Assembly (NCBI GenBank): GCA_001179505.1
Contig: CDMY01000223.1
Coordinates: 1 to 64,000 of the forward strand
Direction: 5' to 3'
Length of the DNA stretch: 64,000 nucleotides
From: Vitrella brassicaformis CCMP3155
Lineage: Eukaryota; Protista; Chromerida
The notes beneath the pieces are model-generated. The model was not told the origin of the DNA and ran no database searches. It worked only from the letters and a program-made list of their open reading frames with translations. Positions 60,260 through 64,000 of this stretch are shown here, one piece after another. Every line of letters starts with the position of its first letter. Position 1 is the stretch's first letter. The translations under genes were made by a program, and so were the position numbers.

Positions 60260-62054
60260 ATGTTGGCTCTCATCGACAATCTCCAGTATGGAGCCTTCCG
60301 TGTTGGGACGCTGATGGTGGCGCTGACCACGGTGGCGTTCTACGGCATGTACTGGGGCATTAGCCCCAGCGGCGAGCTCTACAGCGTCTTCAAGACACCT
60401 CTCGAGGAGGGGGCTCTCGACACGGCCGACGAGCGGGACAAGTACGACGCACTCAGCAACAAAGCCGTCGAGGCCTTCGACATGGTCAGCCAGATAGGGG
60501 CGAGAGACATGACACATACTCCTCTGGCCCACGGATGCATCTGTGTGTGTGCTGGTGCGCTATGTGCTGGTGTGATGTGATGTGATGTGATGTGTGTGCA
60601 TTAGGGTGTGATTGGGTTCCCCATCATCCTGTCGCTGTGTCTCATCGGCAACTTCTTCATGCTCGGCTTCCCAGTAAGGAGCATCACTCACACCGCTGCG
60701 CACACGCACGCAAGCTGCTGACACACTCGTACGTATTTGTATGTTTGTGTGTGTGTGCGTTAGATCAAGCTCCGTTCGGACGGCCTGTTCCAGATCCAGT
60801 GGCGCCTGTTCCGCTTCGGCGTCATCATGCTCCAGTTCGCCACCACATTCCACCTCGTCTCCACTGCCGTCCTGGTAACCACAGTCTCACACACACAACA
60901 CAACCCCCTCATAGACACAGACACACACGCATACACGCCCACATGTGCACGTGTGTGGTCTGTCCGTCCGTCCGTCGACCAGCTGAGCGCCTGGATCGCT
61001 GGTTCGTTCTACGCGAACGGCCCCGAGGCGACCCGCCTGGCGTTTCTGCAGAGCGGCGTGCTGACGATGATGGAGACCATCGGTGCGCAGCTGACGATCG
61101 TGTACGCCTTCCTCTACGGCCCGGCCTACCTGCTGCTCGAGTACTACCACAGGGAGGAGTGCAGCGGCGGATACTGCGTCTCCTGGACTCTCGGCGTCAC
61201 CTGGCCTCTCGTAGGCCTCTTCGGTGAGGGGGCGGGGGTGGGGGTGGGGGTGTGTGTGTGGATGGGGGGGGATGGTGTTGTGTGTGACATGTGTGTGACG
61301 TGTGTGTGTATGTGATGTGTGTGTGGTACAGGTCTGATCATCAACTTCCTGCACAGCGTGCTCAACAACGATGTGGCGCTGATTGTGACCGGTTCCCTCT
61401 ACACGGTCCTCTACCTCACCGCCATCATCTGCCAGACCATCTTCGCCTTCAACTACGGTATGCTATGCACACCTCCATTGCACGCTTGTGGGCAGGGTGG
61501 GGTATTCACACACACATACGCCACGCCCATCCCTCTCTGTCTGTCTGTCTGGGTGTGTGCAGAGGTTCCAGCCAACTACTACATGTCCAAGGATTCCCCG
61601 GAGGAGCAGCTCGAGGTGACCAACCTGACTGAATGCCCTCGTCCTTACCCACATCCATCCATCCATCCATCCACCATGGCTCCTCTCATTGTGCTGGTGT
61701 GTTGGTGTGGTCGTGTGTGGTGTGCAGGCTGCTGGTGCTGCCGACGCCGCTAAGCGCGGTTTCGGTGCCAAGTTGCTGGCTGGCCAAGGTGGCGCGCAGG
61801 TGTCGACCAGCCCCTTCTACGCCACCTACCCCTACCCTGCGGGCGCCGGCACCGCCGGATACTCCTACGAAATGTACGCTGCCTGCCACAGACACACACA
61901 ACACATGCACACCACAGCATCACATCACACCACTTGTGAGTTGAGTTGTTTTCCTCTCTCTCTGTGTGTGTGCAGGGTGGCCCAGCAGCCCCCCGCTGCG
62001 CGCTCCGTGCCGACTCAGGCGCAGGGCGGCACGACCACGGCTGCTGCCGTCTAG
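60260..62054 (+). CDS. Divergent GAPM-like (glideosome-associated, multi-membrane-span) pellicle protein
   Basis: About six TM helices. IGNFFMLGFP...FRFGVIMLQFATTFHLVS; AFLYGPAYLLLEYYHREE (cf. recalled GAPM YGAAFFYMEAYHDEG); IICQTIFAFNYE (cf. CATVWAFSFE); Tyr/Pro-rich tail. Confidence 0.68.
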
Positions 62055-63313
62055 ATCAACACACCACACCACACACCACACCACACACCACACACCACAC
62101 ACCACACACACAGACAGACTGCATACGTACCGTACACCCCAGGGTATGTAATCATGTGTGTACAGGGAGGGAGAGAGAAGCGCGTGTGCGTGCGTGTGCG
62201 CGGTTTAGTGCCAGTGGTCTGGATGGATGGATGCCTCCTGTCTGGATGCCAATCTGTCTGCCTGTCTGTCTGCCTGCCTGCCTGGATGGCTGGATGGATG
62301 GATGGATGTGCTGCTGTGGTTTGTCCTTGTGTCGTGGGTTGGTTCGTATGTGCATAGCGAGTGGGTGGGTGTGGAGGGTCTAATGGCATCGTCTGATATG
62401 CCGTGATCGATGGATGGATGGATGGCCAGGCAGGCAGGCACTTTCCGATAGCCGCTCTCGAGATATCGGTGCACCAACACACAACACAACAGTTGAGAGC
62501 AGACAGACATAGCGCCCGGTTTTCCAGTGCTCGGGCGATGCGCAGGCAGGCAGGCAACACTCCCTCTCTCTCTCACCCCCTCTCTCCCCCTGAGCCTTGT
62601 GGATACTCCCAACTAATCGAGCCTGCGGATGCTAGCAAACCAGATAGCAAATGAAATGCGTAGATGGCTGGCTGAGTGTGCGACGGTCACGTGCTGCGTG
62701 TACAGAGGGATGGATGGATGGGTGGATGAACAAGCAAGGCAAGTGACTGGCTGGCCGGTTTTCGTTCCGTTCCGTCGGGCGGTGTGTGTTGTGTTGCGAC
62801 GTTCCTTTTATCTACACGGCTTTTCTTTTCGTGTGCTGTGATGGTCTGTGTGTCGTGACTGGAGGGAGCACTGCAGCTGCGTTGCCAGGCGCTTCGTGAT
62901 CCTTCTGTGGCATTGCACTCCAATGCCACAGAAGGCTCGCAGCGCGTCAGGTAATGCCGCTGCGGTGCCTACACACACGACGCGGCAAACAAATGTGATA
63001 ATGCATGGCATGGATGGGCACGCACACCCACCGCTCCCCCATCCCCTCCCCCTCTGTATACACACCGATGGTTGGATGGATGTGTGGACGTCCGGGTGTC
63101 CGCGGCTGGATGTGATGTGTGGGAAGGAGACTCACGCGGGGCGGGACAGAGACATTCGAATGAAAAGGAATCGGATCGAATCCTCAGTATGGAAGATCAT
63201 TGATTTGTCTGTCGATCGATGAACACACTCATTCATAGCAGTCAGTCCACACAACAATCCCTCCCCTCATCCACCCCTCCCTCCCCCCCCGCCAGGCCAT
63301 CCATTCCATCAGT

Positions 63314-64000
63314 TCATTCCGCCTTGAGCCCATCGAACATCATAATCTCCCTCCTCACGGGCAGATCAGGATGCTCCAGCCGCAGGTGGCCCTTCGGCTC
63401 CCCGCTGTCTCCCACAAGAGCCGTCTTGGCCCGCATGTCCCGTGTCCCGTGGCCGAAGGAGAAGGTGGGGTTGGTGCGGTTCTTCGACTTGACCTGCCGC
63501 CCAAGACACGACCGGGGGTCGCCCGTGTCCAGGAAAGTGTCGTTCTGCGGCGCCCTCTCGCCGAAGCGGTTGTCCTTTGGGAAGGAGTGAATCGGCAAGG
63601 TCTGCCTGCCGGACTCTGCCTGGTGGCCGACGGACGAGACGAGGGGGTAGCTGCCGGGGCCCACTGCTGACGGCGTCTGGACTATCGCCCCCAACACTGG
63701 CGTCTTGAGGCCGAATGACGAGGCGCGGATAGAGCGGCGAATCTTCAGGATGTCCGGATGATACCCGGCAGGGCCTGCGGGAAAGAAGAGACAGACGGCG
63801 TGGTTCCGTTGTGGATGATTTGGTGTGTGTGAGCTGACAGACCGGGTGAAGTCTGTCCATAGAGTGCGGCCGGGTGTGACTTGACGATGGTCGCATCACG
63901 GTTGTTGAATCGGGTGCCGGTTCCGAAGGGCGGCGGGTGCACGCCCTTGAACTTGAAGCTCTGGCTGTCTGGCACGATGCCCATCAGGTCGGTGGTCGAT
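63314..64000 (-). CDS. SHIPPO/ODF3-like repeat protein (3' part; 5' end outside the window)
   Basis: QTSP/GPAGYHP, VGPGSYP, HSFPKDNRF, TFSFGHGTR, PPFGTGTRF motifs typical of PGP-type microtubule-binding repeats. Stop at 63314. Confidence 0.65.

Noticed and set aside
27513-64000. Functional cluster of cytoskeletal genes (spastin, CAP, Sfi1-like, GAPM-like, SHIPPO)
   Set aside because: They are interspersed with unrelated genes over 36 kb, and cytoskeletal genes are abundant in alveolates. Chance is sufficient without co-expression data.
1-64000. CRISPR arrays, rRNA, tRNA, LTR or retroelement ORFs
   Set aside because: No regularly spaced repeats with unique spacers, no recognisable structural RNA, and no RT, integrase or DDE motifs seen. 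Repeats are simple microsatellites or paralogous gene segments.

Overview
Intron-rich, GC-rich eukaryotic genomic DNA. The GAPM-like, plastid-targeted LipB and thylakoid-lumen-type genes, and short introns full of (TGTC)n/(CATC)n/(AC)n repeats, suggest a photosynthetic relative of apicomplexans (a chromerid such as Vitrella; this is inference). About 25 spliced genes can be traced by eye, many in compact head-to-head pairs: GH5 mannanase, CIA2/MIP18, INO1, a PLAC8 protein, G3BP-like, spastin-like, CAP/Srv2, a CrtU-like FAD oxidoreductase, an LRR protein, PTC7-type PP2C, TMEM209-like, Sfi1-like, LipB, GAPM-like, a SHIPPO-repeat protein and several hypotheticals. Gene boundaries are manual GT-AG models and are approximate where stated. 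I saw no rRNA, tRNA or CRISPR array. One 299-N assembly gap is present. Highlights: (1) three dispersed paralogs of an F-box + kelch protein, all with a C-terminal PCNA-binding PIP box; one has a premature stop and the family looks mosaic; (2) a ~1.15 kb element bounded by ~115 bp AT-rich terminal inverted repeats carrying a spliced gene of unknown function; (3) an intron-containing homolog of the bacterial aromatic-carotenoid synthase CrtU with a signal peptide; (4) a CAP with a tandemly duplicated N-terminal helical domain.
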